Positions 39,582 through 49,187 of a stretch of 56,415 nucleotides of DNA are shown here, piece after piece. Position 1 is the stretch's first letter. Each line of letters opens with the position of its first letter. The notes beneath the pieces are model-generated. The model was given only the letters and a program-made list of their open reading frames with translations, searched no databases and was not told where the DNA came from. A program made the position numbers and the translations under genes. The stretch lies in IMG/VR virus record IMGVR_UViG_3300048572_000044, positions 1 through 56,415 of that record; one strand, written 5' to 3'. The stretch comes from a virus. Lineage: Duplodnaviria; Caudoviricetes.

Positions 39582-39781
39582 TATAATTTTCCTGTAAATA
39601 AAAATTTAATTCTTTGTAATAATGAAAAGGATTTTTGTTTTATTTTCATTAGTGCAATATCTTCCAATTCATCTATAAGTTCTGTAGTATCAATCTCATA
39701 ATACATATAATCTGGATTAGTTAATGTGATTTCATCTGCCAATTTAATAAATTGATTATTTTTAAAAACAGCATATTTCAT
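39581..39781 (-). CDS. hypothetical protein
   Basis: Coupled ORF ending LLQRIKFLFTGKL. Confidence 0.6.
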   Translation of the reverse strand: MKYAVFKNNQFIKLADEITLTNPDYMYYEIDTTELIDELEDIALMKIKQKSFSLLQRIKFLFTGKL

Positions 39782-39945
39782 TTTTTATCTTTCATCATAT
39801 TTTTAAATATAGTCATAATATATGCCCAATCTTCTTTAAAGCCCTCTTTTGCCGCCTGGGCTTTAGCTTCTTCCCATTTAGCCTCAGCATGCTCTTTTGA
39901 TACACCATGTTTTTCTGCTTCTTTTTTAATTACTGGTACTGGCAT
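39778..39945 (-). CDS. small helical protein (55 aa, not in the ORF track)
   Basis: MPVPVIKKEAEKHGVSKEHAEAKWEEAK...; AAGGAG RBS; ATGA overlap with the next gene. Confidence 0.75.
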   Translation of the reverse strand: MPVPVIKKEAEKHGVSKEHAEAKWEEAKAQAAKEGFKEDWAYIMTIFKNMMKDKK

Positions 39946-40267
39946 TATCTTCTCCTTTAGTTAAAAACTCCACTCTAATCCTTGTTTTTCCATAAATTTC
40001 TTTTTCTCTATAGAATAATTCGCAAATATTAAATTTAATATTTGAACGAGTCAATATAATATTTACAAGTATCTCTAATTGCGATAAACTAAAATACTTT
40101 TGTTTTGGAAAGGTTACTTTTTTTCCCTTAAAAATAGTAACTATAACAACCGTATCCATTAAATCATATTTTTTTTCTTCAAAAGCAAGGCTTGAGTTAA
40201 TATCACTCCATAATCTTCTATCATAAATATCTTTTCTATGCCACGGATAATCAAATGTCAATATCAT
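39926..40267 (-). CDS. hypothetical protein, possibly a degenerate RusA-like fold
   Basis: MILTFDYP start and YGKTRIRVEF end recall RusA, but the catalytic Asp motif is not evident. Confidence 0.45.
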   Translation of the reverse strand: MILTFDYPWHRKDIYDRRLWSDINSSLAFEEKKYDLMDTVVIVTIFKGKKVTFPKQKYFSLSQLEILVNIILTRSNIKFNICELFYREKEIYGKTRIRVEFLTKGEDNASTSN

Positions 40268-40735
40268 TTATTTTCCCAATAAATCTTTTCGCGCTAATGC
40301 TTCTTTTGCTATTTCCTCATCCAAATCACTTATAGATAAATCACCTTTATCTCTAGCAGATTTATTAGTTCTTGCCCGATCTTTTATTTCTCCGGTTTCT
40401 TTATCATTTCTAAATTGCATATCTACAGCTTTAAGCAAAATTTGGGCAATTAATTTAGCATCGCGCATATCAGTAGCTACATCTATTAATTTTTTTAATG
40501 ATTGATTTATTCCGTGTGTTGTGATATTAGGTATGAGATTTACTACTTGGCCAAACTCTGGATAAGTCTTAATCCAAGTTTCTTTTACCGATTCATCAAT
40601 ATTATATTGACCCCAAAAACCATTAGGATTAAGATATTTAGTAGCGTATTCGATATAGAGATCGCAATATTCTGGCTTATATTCCGTAATAATTTTTGTT
40701 TTTGGTTTGTTTTGTGTAGTTAAATTAGTTTGCAT
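40268..40735 (-). CDS. putative terminase small subunit
   Basis: TEYKPEYCD..WIKTYPEF helix-turn-helix pattern; first gene of the late block. Confidence 0.65.
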   Translation of the reverse strand: MQTNLTTQNKPKTKIITEYKPEYCDLYIEYATKYLNPNGFWGQYNIDESVKETWIKTYPEFGQVVNLIPNITTHGINQSLKKLIDVATDMRDAKLIAQILLKAVDMQFRNDKETGEIKDRARTNKSARDKGDLSISDLDEEIAKEALARKDLLGK

Positions 40736-40801
40736 TAATACCCTTCATGTTATATAATCATGGTATCAATGCTTGTTTGCGCAGGTATTTGATATTGTAA
40801 G

Positions 40802-40842
40802 CCCTATGCTATGTATATTTAAATACATTCTCCTGCATAGGG
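40802..40842. terminator. hairpin between the helicase gene and the late block
   Basis: CCCTATGC/GCATAGGG outer stem with inner ATGTAT/ATACAT. Confidence 0.5.
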
Positions 40843-40843
40843 T

Positions 40844-42139
40844 TTATATTTTTAGTAATCCATTGTGTTGCATTAATTCTTTGTAATCAATGCGTGCCTT
40901 TCTCATAAAATCTTCAAATTCTTTTTTTAATCGCTCATTAAATGATAATTTATGCTCTCCCCATTGGGTTTTAGCCTTTTTGACATTGGCTGAATTCATT
41001 TTTAAATGTATCATTCGAGTAGATTCATGTACTATTTTATCATTATATATAGGAGAAAAGTTACTATTTATCATAATTTTAGAAAAAAGCTTTTTATTTT
41101 CAGGATCATGGTAAAGTTTTTTAACAGTCGTATAATCATTTCCAGTAAGTAATAAGATTTCTTCACGATGTAATAAATTAGAATTTATAGCTAAATTAGA
41201 AAATACCGCAAAACGACATTTATCAAAATTTACTAGATTTATTTTATTATTATCTGTATCAATTCTAATACTATTAAATAGATGTGGATTATAACTAGAT
41301 AGAATCTCACCAATAGCACTGGCTACAGTTGATTTTCCCGTATACCCTTCTCCCTCTATCCATAATATTTGCCGGTTAAAATCATTATCAACAAATATCC
41401 CGAATATCCAAGCTCTAAATAATTTACGGTCATGGTCTGTATCAAATTGAGATAAAAATAGATCCCATGCTGGAGTTTGTTTATTATTTTTGGTTAAGTG
41501 ATCTATTGGAAAATAGGCTAGGCAATAATCATCAAAATAGTTAGAGATTTGTTTAATTTTTCCATTATATATCAATAAACCTTTATTTAATTCAGCATCG
41601 AGTAATTTCAATACATATGAATTTGATACGCCCACGATACTTTTAAGGTGAGTAAAATATCTTAAATAAGATAATATTCCATCTTGGAAATTTCTTTTAT
41701 TACTAGAGCTACAAATATATTTAATTTGTCTGGATTCATTTTTATCATCATAACCATAACAGTCTATATGTATTCCATTACGAATAAAGACAAGATTAAA
41801 TTCATCATCATCAGAAAATGATAAACTTTTTGATTGACCCTGATAAAGCTGCACCGCTGTCCTAGTTTGACAAAAATCATTAAACGTTTCTGGATCATTG
41901 AACCTCATTTTAATATATTTTTCATATTTAACTTTGGTTTTTTTATTCCAAGTTTGTTCATTTAAAATAGTGTAATATGGATTATTGTTGTTTAATCGTT
42001 TGCAGCCTCCCTTATATTGAATATATTTGTCACTAACTACAATTGAATTAATAAGTTTATCAAAGTTCTTAATATCAGATTCAGTAAGTTCTTCTTCAAT
42101 ATCTTCGGTCGGTTTGGGTAGGAATTTTATGTCGAACAT
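40844..42139 (-). CDS. SF3/D5-like helicase-domain protein
   Basis: ILWIEGEGYTGKST Walker A; LTGND..VKKLY; KIMINSN (motif C). Confidence 0.8.
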   Translation of the reverse strand: MFDIKFLPKPTEDIEEELTESDIKNFDKLINSIVVSDKYIQYKGGCKRLNNNNPYYTILNEQTWNKKTKVKYEKYIKMRFNDPETFNDFCQTRTAVQLYQGQSKSLSFSDDDEFNLVFIRNGIHIDCYGYDDKNESRQIKYICSSSNKRNFQDGILSYLRYFTHLKSIVGVSNSYVLKLLDAELNKGLLIYNGKIKQISNYFDDYCLAYFPIDHLTKNNKQTPAWDLFLSQFDTDHDRKLFRAWIFGIFVDNDFNRQILWIEGEGYTGKSTVASAIGEILSSYNPHLFNSIRIDTDNNKINLVNFDKCRFAVFSNLAINSNLLHREEILLLTGNDYTTVKKLYHDPENKKLFSKIMINSNFSPIYNDKIVHESTRMIHLKMNSANVKKAKTQWGEHKLSFNERLKKEFEDFMRKARIDYKELMQHNGLLKI

Positions 42140-42495
42140 GGACGGATTTTTGCCAATAATATTTTGCGTTGATATTTTTGTACATACTTATACATATATT
42201 TGGATGGTATTGATTCAAATGTTTCATAAGTTGTACCCGTATTAATGTTAGTTAATGCATCATATAGATCATATTTACCATTTTTATTCTTCATAACATA
42301 ATAGCCATATGGGTCCCAGAATACGGACAATTTATACCAAGAATTAATTTCTTTTTGCATAAGTCTAATTAAATCCATAAGGGGCATATCAATCACTGTG
42401 ATTTCATGAGGCATGAAGATAATATTTTGTTTATTAACTGCAAATATAAAATTATTATTAATATGCCCTTTATATTGCGCTAAGACTATTCGCAT
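42127..42495 (-). CDS. hypothetical protein
   Basis: Coupled ORF. Confidence 0.6.
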   Translation of the reverse strand: MRIVLAQYKGHINNNFIFAVNKQNIIFMPHEITVIDMPLMDLIRLMQKEINSWYKLSVFWDPYGYYVMKNKNGKYDLYDALTNINTGTTYETFESIPSKYMYKYVQKYQRKILLAKIRPCST

Positions 42496-42497
42496 TA

Positions 42498-42791
42498 TTA
42501 TCTCGCAGACATTTTAATTAAATTAACAATTGTATCTAATTTATTTATTTTTTCTAAATCACATAACATTTCAAAAGCAGTACTAGTCATTAATTCTAAT
42601 GCGGGCACAATTGATTTATATTCTTTATATAATGGCTCATTAGGAATAACAGCATACAAATAATCAATAAGATTTTTATATGCTGGCGAAGTATGATATA
42701 ACTTTCTAAACTTATGAGTTCTAAGAGGATAATTAGTATAAAGCACCTTCATCTTACCATATAGTTTATTAGCATTAACTGGATCGGTCAT
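42498..42791 (-). CDS. hypothetical protein
   Basis: Coupled ORF. Confidence 0.6.
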   Translation of the reverse strand: MTDPVNANKLYGKMKVLYTNYPLRTHKFRKLYHTSPAYKNLIDYLYAVIPNEPLYKEYKSIVPALELMTSTAFEMLCDLEKINKLDTIVNLIKMSAR

Positions 42792-42923
42792 TTATAATTT
42801 AACCCACGTATTATCTTTCTCAAATAAATATCCTTTTCCAAGACATTTGGGACAATCCTTCTTTTTAAGATGCCCCAATCCTTTACACGCAGAGCAAACT
42901 ATTTTAATAAATTTAGCTTTCAT
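42792..42923 (-). CDS. small DnaJ-type zinc-finger protein (43 aa)
   Basis: CSACKGLG..CPKCLGKG; likely start ATG 42923, since the longer listed ORF overlaps the next gene. Confidence 0.6.
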   Translation of the reverse strand: MKAKFIKIVCSACKGLGHLKKKDCPKCLGKGYLFEKDNTWVKL

Positions 42924-43332
42924 TATTAACTTTATGCACAATAGTTGCCTTGCGTAAATTAACTTCTTTGAATGTTCTAACAACTGGCCCATCATGACCA
43001 ATAGCTTTCTTATTAAGAAGATAAGAATGTCCATGTACTGCATATGTATAATTATCAAGTTGTTTCGCAATCTTGCCAATTATAAGATATTCTTTACATT
43101 CGGGCAATCCATGAACTTCGATTTCATCATCTACATTAAATTTATAATCAGTTGGAAATACTTTCTTTCCAGATACCATAACTGTAGGCATAACTTTTTC
43201 AACTTCCGCCTTTGGTGTAGATACTATATGGCTATTCACTTGTATGGAGTGAGGCTCTTCCTGTTTAGCTTCTTCAATTATGATATTTTGTTGTTCTTGT
43301 GTAATTTCTTGATCTTTTTTAGGTCTGGCCAT
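42913..43332 (-). CDS. hypothetical protein with an SH3/KOW-like C-terminus
   Basis: MARPKK start; YKFNVDDEIEV. Confidence 0.65.
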   Translation of the reverse strand: MARPKKDQEITQEQQNIIIEEAKQEEPHSIQVNSHIVSTPKAEVEKVMPTVMVSGKKVFPTDYKFNVDDEIEVHGLPECKEYLIIGKIAKQLDNYTYAVHGHSYLLNKKAIGHDGPVVRTFKEVNLRKATIVHKVNNES

Positions 43333-43344
43333 TTTTTAATTCCT

Positions 43345-43536
43345 TTAAATTATAGTTACGTTTATTTTAGTATTTTCCACATTTGGAAATAATTGTATAC
43401 TTAATGTATTTGATATTCTATCATATTTATAATTAGCAATTCGTTTATTTTGAAATTCTTCTTCTGCATATTTAATTGCCTCTAAAGTTTCAAGAGACAT
43501 TTTATCTATAATTTCATCCATATTAATAAGTCTCAA
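43345..43536 (-). CDS. hypothetical protein
   Basis: Operon context. Confidence 0.5.
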   Translation of the reverse strand: MRLINMDEIIDKMSLETLEAIKYAEEEFQNKRIANYKYDRISNTLSIQLFPNVENTKINVTII

Positions 43537-43774
43537 TATATAATGGTAATTTATAACCTTTAATAGCCATGTAGATCTCCTGATTAAGTTCCTGCTCCCA
43601 TCGCCTGAACTTTAACCCCTGTATGTCAATTGCAGACTTAGCTAAAAGTATTTTAGAAGTTTGTGCATAAATATTTCTAAGATACATTCTACGAAATAAA
43701 TCACATTCCATATTATCTAAAATCTCTTTATGTTTTTTAAATACTTTGTAAGGTTCTACAATATGGTTACTCAT
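43523..43774 (-). CDS. hypothetical protein
   Basis: AAGGAAG RBS. Confidence 0.55.
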   Translation of the reverse strand: MSNHIVEPYKVFKKHKEILDNMECDLFRRMYLRNIYAQTSKILLAKSAIDIQGLKFRRWEQELNQEIYMAIKGYKLPLYIETY

Positions 43775-43791
43775 TATCTTCCTTTCTTTAA

Positions 43792-43868
43792 TGGCTGAGG
43801 AGACTGGAATCGAACCAGTGACCTGCGGATTAACAGTCCGTTGCTCTAACCTGCTGAGCTACACCTCA
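43792..43868 (-). tRNA. tRNA-Asn(GTT)
   Basis: TGAGGTG/CTCCTCA; GCTC-AGCAGGTTA-GAGC; anticodon loop CT-GTT-AA; ACTGG-TTCGATT-CCAGT; GCCA end. Confidence 0.92.
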
Positions 43869-44101
43869 ATATTGTTTTCTTTTTTCCAACCTAACTTACT
43901 AATCGCATGAAATGAGATAAATCCACAACTATTACAAATAAGAGGTAAACATGGAATACACTTATCTATTGATATTTGAATTTCAGCAATTATGTCACAA
44001 TCCCAGTGCTTATTATCAGGACAATTTGGACAAGTAATTTTTTTGAGTTTATCTATATATAACTTTAATTCTTCTTTTACACCATGATATATCATAGGCA
44101 T
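43859..44101 (-). CDS. zinc-ribbon protein
   Basis: CPNC...CNSCG; stop overlaps the tRNA 5' end. Confidence 0.6.
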   Translation of the reverse strand: MPMIYHGVKEELKLYIDKLKKITCPNCPDNKHWDCDIIAEIQISIDKCIPCLPLICNSCGFISFHAISKLGWKKENNIEV

Positions 44102-44117
44102 TTATTTCTCCAATCTC

Positions 44118-44441
44118 TTATTTTTTATGCATTATAAATGGACTATGTTGCGCATATACGTGCGCCAGGGAGTTTATATATGGAATCTTATAACACAGTA
44201 GCCCATTCATCATTAACTCGCTTAGAATGTCACCAAAGCGACCGTGTGGCGTTAAAAATAGAATCTTCAAAAGTTCTGTTAAATATTTCTGTCCCTCATA
44301 TCCTATCCCGTGCCAATCATTAAGTGCGATCTCCCGGGTGAGCCATGTAAAATGATTGCCATCATGCAAACCACACCGTTTATACATACGATGTGGTGGA
44401 ATGTCAATTAAATCACATAGCTCATCAGTTGTTAGTTTCAT
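44118..44441 (-). CDS. hypothetical protein
   Basis: ATGA-coupled ORF. Confidence 0.55.
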   Translation of the reverse strand: MKLTTDELCDLIDIPPHRMYKRCGLHDGNHFTWLTREIALNDWHGIGYEGQKYLTELLKILFLTPHGRFGDILSELMMNGLLCYKIPYINSLAHVYAQHSPFIMHKK

Positions 44442-45586
44442 TTTTTTATCTGGGATGCCAACTCGTCAGTTACTATTTTCATTAACTTAACATACGCAAG
44501 ATGTGACTTTTGAAGAGATTCAGTTTCTTCTTTATTGGTAAGATTTTCCAAAGTAAGATCATGCACTCTTTTTTCTAACCTAGCAATGTAAGGAGATAAT
44601 GCACTTTCCTCAACTTCTTTAATTTCTCTTTTCAGGGCTTCATTTGCTGCACGTTCTTTATAAAGCATCTCATTCTTGGCATCAATAATAGTTCGTAATC
44701 TTATTGCATTTGATTCTAAACCTTGGACTGTTGCTAAATGAATTCTAATGTTTTTAGCTTGACTTTCATTTTGATCTTTCAGCTCTTGCATTGGTTGCCA
44801 ATATGTTAAAGTATGTTCGGCCATTCTATCTATGGTATGAATCGAATAGGTAGATTTTAAAACATATTGATCAGATTTGATTTCTGTAATTAGAGCCAAT
44901 TGATTAGCTCTTGGATAACATGAACATATTGTAACCCAGTCACCAACTTTAAACTTAGGTTGCCATTCTTCTTTGGGCTTATCTACTTTTTTGAGTTGGT
45001 CCGAAGTATAAGCCCATGTCTCCTGACCAAGATATGCATAACATTCTTTAGGTAATTTAGAAATTTTAAAATAACCGTTACAAATTTCTGCTATTTTACC
45101 TATTTTTCCAATTGCACTTTTAATACCTCCCGCAACTATGCTTTTACTACGATCCATAGCATCGCTTAAGATTTCAACATAGTCACCAGGTTTTAGTTCT
45201 GGTTCTTCTAGTTTTTCAATATCTTCTTCACAAAACCAAAGTTGAGCATTATCTAATTTAATTAAATATGGTGTGGCTAAAATAGATACACTAACATCAA
45301 CTATTGTACCAAGTTGTCCAATTCTTTCATGAAAGCAATGGGTCGCTTTTACAACTTTGATTTTATCGCCAATCTTGAATTTAGGGGATGATTCTTCTTT
45401 TACTAATTCAAGTTGATAAGCATAAACAAAATGTTTCCGATCAAGCTTCCCAAGTGTAATATGGTAAGCCGTAGTGCCATTCCAATCAAATGCTGCAACT
45501 ATTTTGCCAGATAAAGGATATACAGGACAAAATACAGACACAAGGTCTTTTGTTACTAAAATATTATCACCTACTTTAAATTCCAT
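44438..45586 (-). CDS. protein with four SH3/KOW-like repeats and a C-terminal coiled coil
   Basis: FKVGDNI, FKIGDKI, LKPGDYV, FKVGDWV; start moved to ATG 45586 (AAGGAG RBS). Confidence 0.7.
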   Translation of the reverse strand: MEFKVGDNILVTKDLVSVFCPVYPLSGKIVAAFDWNGTTAYHITLGKLDRKHFVYAYQLELVKEESSPKFKIGDKIKVVKATHCFHERIGQLGTIVDVSVSILATPYLIKLDNAQLWFCEEDIEKLEEPELKPGDYVEILSDAMDRSKSIVAGGIKSAIGKIGKIAEICNGYFKISKLPKECYAYLGQETWAYTSDQLKKVDKPKEEWQPKFKVGDWVTICSCYPRANQLALITEIKSDQYVLKSTYSIHTIDRMAEHTLTYWQPMQELKDQNESQAKNIRIHLATVQGLESNAIRLRTIIDAKNEMLYKERAANEALKREIKEVEESALSPYIARLEKRVHDLTLENLTNKEETESLQKSHLAYVKLMKIVTDELASQIKK

Positions 45587-45704
45587 TGTTTTCTCCTTTA
45601 ATTGTTTAATTTTGTCTATTGGATCCCACGAAGTCCAAACTATTATAAAATCAGATGGTTTAGTTTTTGCTAATATAATCATCAATAATGGTAATCATTC
45701 CAAT

Positions 45705-45986
45705 TCACTCCTTAGTAAAATAATATATTATAGCACTTGGCACACCAATAACCAATATAAATGCCATAGGAACCATTATAGGATGTTGTTGCCAATCAGA
45801 GGGTCCAGCAAAGTTAGTACCTTCCATAAAAGATGCTATTCCCATAACTATAGGCCCCAGAGCCTGTCTAATACGAGCTTTGTTACATACTAACACAACA
45901 GCCATTATAAGTCCTGTGATACCCATTATAGGAGCTGCTATGATAGCAATATAACCAATAAGTGCAATAGCATTATTCTTTTTCAT
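45705..45986 (-). CDS. membrane protein
   Basis: 2-3 hydrophobic segments. Confidence 0.6.
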   Translation of the reverse strand: MKKNNAIALIGYIAIIAAPIMGITGLIMAVVLVCNKARIRQALGPIVMGIASFMEGTNFAGPSDWQQHPIMVPMAFILVIGVPSAIIYYFTKE

Positions 45987-46203
45987 TTCTTTTTCCTTTA
46001 GTAATATTTGGATACTCCAATTCTTCTACCTTCATTCTTAACCAGGCTACATTATCCTCAAGACAAGCTACCTTTGTTCTTAATTTATCGTAGGCTTCGG
46101 GAGACGGTAGTACGCACGTTAATTTTTCACCAACTAGTATAGTATATGCAACCCTATCTTCTTCCGGAACCCCTTTACAGGTTATAGTTGTTTCTTTAGT
46201 CAT
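45973..46203 (-). CDS. hypothetical protein
   Basis: Coupled ORF. Confidence 0.55.
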   Translation of the reverse strand: MTKETTITCKGVPEEDRVAYTILVGEKLTCVLPSPEAYDKLRTKVACLEDNVAWLRMKVEELEYPNITKGKRNEKE

Positions 46204-46541
46204 TGCTGATCCTTTCTAACAAACACAATATTCATACATAAATAAAGAACACCCTCAAGAATAAGAATAGTTTCATCGGTAATACAATCAAGGGATAGGT
46301 TATCTCTGTAACAACTGTAACTACCCTGAAAGCCTGAATTAAAGCCAATCTCAGTAACTAGATTTAATTTATCCTTAAGAGTCTGTATATCTTTATCAAA
46401 ACCAACATCAGGAGGAATTAGATTATTATAGAACCTTGCATCTACATATAAGAACTCTTGAATATCAAATTCATTCTTAACTTTAATCTCACAGTTATGA
46501 GACGTTAATTCTACATCTTTACCTTTTAGTATTAGGTTCAT
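46200..46541 (-). CDS. hypothetical protein
   Basis: Coupled ORF; GGAGG RBS. Confidence 0.6.
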   Translation of the reverse strand: MNLILKGKDVELTSHNCEIKVKNEFDIQEFLYVDARFYNNLIPPDVGFDKDIQTLKDKLNLVTEIGFNSGFQGSYSCYRDNLSLDCITDETILILEGVLYLCMNIVFVRKDQQ

Positions 46542-46816
46542 AATTTATCTTCCTCCACATAAAGTTTTAAGGTATTTTCCGGACCGGCACAGATATAAGC
46601 ATTACCTGAATCAGGAAAATGTATAAGAACATGATAAGTATGTTTAAACTTAGTTTCTCTTGTTAAACAATCGCTATCAAAATCAATAACAATACTTATA
46701 ACATATCCAATTAGAGGATCTTCATTAAGACTACTTACCTTATCCCCTATCTTAAACTTAAAAGGTGTTTCCCTCATGTACTTTTGTAATATTAAATATT
46801 TATCCTCTAGATTCAC
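46538..46816 (-). CDS. SH3/KOW-like small protein
   Basis: FKFKIGDKV motif. Confidence 0.6.
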   Translation of the reverse strand: MNLEDKYLILQKYMRETPFKFKIGDKVSSLNEDPLIGYVISIVIDFDSDCLTRETKFKHTYHVLIHFPDSGNAYICAGPENTLKLYVEEDKL

Positions 46817-46932
46817 TTAGCTCACTCTCCTCTACATAAAACTTATCATGTAACATACACTTGGAATTAAACCCCTGAAACTCTCTTAACTCAACAATCT
46901 CACCATCAACTATCTTAAACCTTCTGCGATCA

Positions 46933-47313
46933 TTACTCATACACCTTAACTTTATAATCACAATGTGAAACACATATGTCTCTTCCAGCAGGATTAGTAA
47001 ATAAACCCATGAAAGGTTCATATAATCTATATTCAGTTGACCCATCATACTCATGTGTTATTAAGTATTTATTAGAACTTAATATAATATAGGCATATAA
47101 CGGTTCTCCACCAATATCATACCTATAGTTAAAATCCAATCCATTCATAAATTCATCATATTGAATCTGAGTATACCATCTAGGCAAGAATAAACGAATG
47201 TCTTTACCTTCTCCACAATCATAGAAATCTACCCGAGCTTGATCAATCTTAGTATCAAGAGTTTTTAGAATAGCCTCTAATTGTAATCTAGCATTAATAA
47301 CATAATCCATCAT
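46933..47313 (-). CDS. hypothetical phage protein
   Basis: LDFNY..GGEPLYAYI..HEYDGSTEY pattern. Confidence 0.65.
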   Translation of the reverse strand: MMDYVINARLQLEAILKTLDTKIDQARVDFYDCGEGKDIRLFLPRWYTQIQYDEFMNGLDFNYRYDIGGEPLYAYIILSSNKYLITHEYDGSTEYRLYEPFMGLFTNPAGRDICVSHCDYKVKVYE

Positions 47314-47331
47314 TATCCCCTAAAAACACTA

Positions 47332-47586
47332 TCACCAACTAAGTTTATTATTTTCTTTGAGTCTAGCTTCTTTTATCTTTTTTGTAAGTTCATTTTGCTT
47401 GATAGTATTCCAATGTAACTCTTCAGCTAAGTATAATGGACAATCCCTCTTGTGATCAAGCATACGCATTACTAACGCATCTATGTATTGAGTCAACTCC
47501 TGAATCCGCGTCTTGCACTCCTCAACCGTATCAAGCTTTACCACCTTATGTCTTATACCTAAATCATTAATGTTAAAAGCTTCCAT
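47332..47586 (-). CDS. hypothetical protein
   Basis: GAGG RBS; first gene after the leftward promoter. Confidence 0.6.
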   Translation of the reverse strand: MEAFNINDLGIRHKVVKLDTVEECKTRIQELTQYIDALVMRMLDHKRDCPLYLAEELHWNTIKQNELTKKIKEARLKENNKLSW

Positions 47587-47661
47587 TACTTACCTCTTTC
47601 AACTAAAAACACTATTTCCCCTAGTACTGTACACGAGGCTAAGTACTCCTGATAGGACAAC

Positions 47662-47691
47662 ATTATCTCATGGTCCTACTCCCGCTGTCAA
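47662..47691 (-). promoter_or_regulatory. leftward sigma70-type promoter
   Basis: TTGACA (47691-47686), 18 nt, TGaGATAAT; overlapped by a TAGGAC/GTCCTA inverted repeat. Confidence 0.65.
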
Positions 47692-47819
47692 GTCTTTTTA
47701 TTCTCTGTACGGTTTCTGGTATACATTGCTGAAAAATTAGTTGGTGGTGGGAGGGGACTGAGGATGCTGCGACACAAGGCTTTCGAGAAATAGGTCGCTT
47801 AAGCTTTCACAGCATTTGT

Positions 47820-47879
47820 TGTGAAAAATATTATAAACAGATTACAACAGTTATCCACAGATTTATTGAGTTATACACA
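47820..47879. promoter_or_regulatory. DnaA-box cluster
   Basis: TTATCCACA 47851, TTATACACA 47871, TTATAAACA 47831 (20-bp spacing), inverted TGTGAAAAA 47820; another TGTGGATAA at 48354. Confidence 0.7.
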
Positions 47880-48047
47880 GGTTAATGCAATAATAGCACA
47901 CTTGAACAATTCACTATTATACACGTAATAGTGAACTAGAAAAATCTTGAGAGATTGACGCGATTCACTCGCGGCAATAATGGAACTATGAATGGTGCAT
48001 TGCACAAGACTGTTAGTAACTAGAAAATCCTCAAGCGGATCAGCCCC

Positions 48048-48347
48048 TTATCTCACGCGCGTGTTTCTCTCTCTAATACACTGTATTATAATACAACCAC
48101 TGTAACCCATTGGTATATCTTCAGAACACATGCAGCATCTTCTAAATAAATGCCCTTCAATGTCTTCGCCCATGTCTTCCTTTATTGTCAATCCTATTGC
48201 TTCATATTCTACTACTGTTATTAAATCAGATGCATCCTTTTCGGCTCTCCAGGCTGCTTCATGGTCATATTTTTCATTAGGATCTGCAAGTTTTGCTATT
48301 ACGGTTGTTGTTCTATCAATATTACTCATTATAATCACATCAATCAT
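48048..48347 (-). CDS. hypothetical protein
   Basis: 99-aa ORF. Confidence 0.5.
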   Translation of the reverse strand: MIDVIIMSNIDRTTTVIAKLADPNEKYDHEAAWRAEKDASDLITVVEYEAIGLTIKEDMGEDIEGHLFRRCCMCSEDIPMGYSGCIIIQCIRERNTRVR

Positions 48348-48539
48348 TTAGCTTGTGGATAACTGTTTCTGATAATGCCATCGGGTATAAACAAATTATA
48401 TCTATCACGCTTCTTGTCACGTTTGAGTGTAATAGATGAAATTAACTCATAGGCAAATGGATTATGACTCATAAATACATTACGTGCACCAATTAATAAC
48501 ATATTAAACATTAATAGCTTAAGTTGTTTACTCTTAATC

Positions 48540-48710
48540 CTACAATTCAATTTCATTAACTGTATGCTCCACACTAACAATTATTATCTTACGACCCATT
48601 CGTTTATACTTCATTGTGCATATATGTGTCTTGGTTTTATCTATTGATATTTGTATTGGGGCATCGTATTGAGTATGATCTACAACGTGTATATCATCTT
48701 TAGTTATCAT
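48540..48710 (-). CDS. small hypothetical protein (56 aa, not in the ORF track)
   Basis: MITKDDIHVVDH...NEIEL*. Confidence 0.4.
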   Translation of the reverse strand: MITKDDIHVVDHTQYDAPIQISIDKTKTHICTMKYKRMGRKIIIVSVEHTVNEIEL

Positions 48711-48836
48711 ATATTATAACTACTTTATTAAATAATGCACGGTCTTTGATTGATTCTACACGCAGCATGCTAATTGGTAACATGCTGCACATAGAATAAG
48801 GATTTAAAGTATCAGAACTATTCCAATACCCGTGTA

Positions 48837-49187
48837 TTATACAGCAGTATCTACAGCGCTGTCAACGGGTGTTTCACATGAAACCTTTTGTGTAACATAA
48901 ATACCAATAGCATCCTCAAACTTCGTGCGCAATGCTAAACATAATGTAGCCATCTCATTACTTTCTGTTTCTTTTGATACATTATGCAATGCCTCCAGCC
49001 CTTGTGCCACAATGGTTAAGCGTTGCACATCTAAATTATAAAGTTGTACACCCTTTTGTATCTCTGCATTAATATGCATTTGTAATTGCTCTTGTTGTTG
49101 CCTCATAGCTGCATTTATTTGTTTTTGCTGTTCTTGCTGCTCAGCTGTTTGTGGTTTAGCTGCTGCTTGTTGTACTTGATCTGTCAT
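48837..49187 (-). CDS. Gln/Ala-rich helical protein
   Basis: AGGA RBS; flanked by hairpins at 49220-49256 and 48762-48788. Confidence 0.7.
   Translation of the reverse strand: MTDQVQQAAAKPQTAEQQEQQKQINAAMRQQQEQLQMHINAEIQKGVQLYNLDVQRLTIVAQGLEALHNVSKETESNEMATLCLALRTKFEDAIGIYVTQKVSCETPVDSAVDTAV

Noticed and set aside
12642-43392. Plus-strand ORFs within the late and middle blocks (e.g. 14124, 29767, 35046, 39752, 42994)
   Set aside because: They lie antisense to well-supported minus-strand genes and have no RBS or motifs
47747-47756. KOPS site to pair with the FtsK-gamma-like protein
   Set aside because: TGGGAGGG is one mismatch from GGGNAGGG and I saw only this one; not significant
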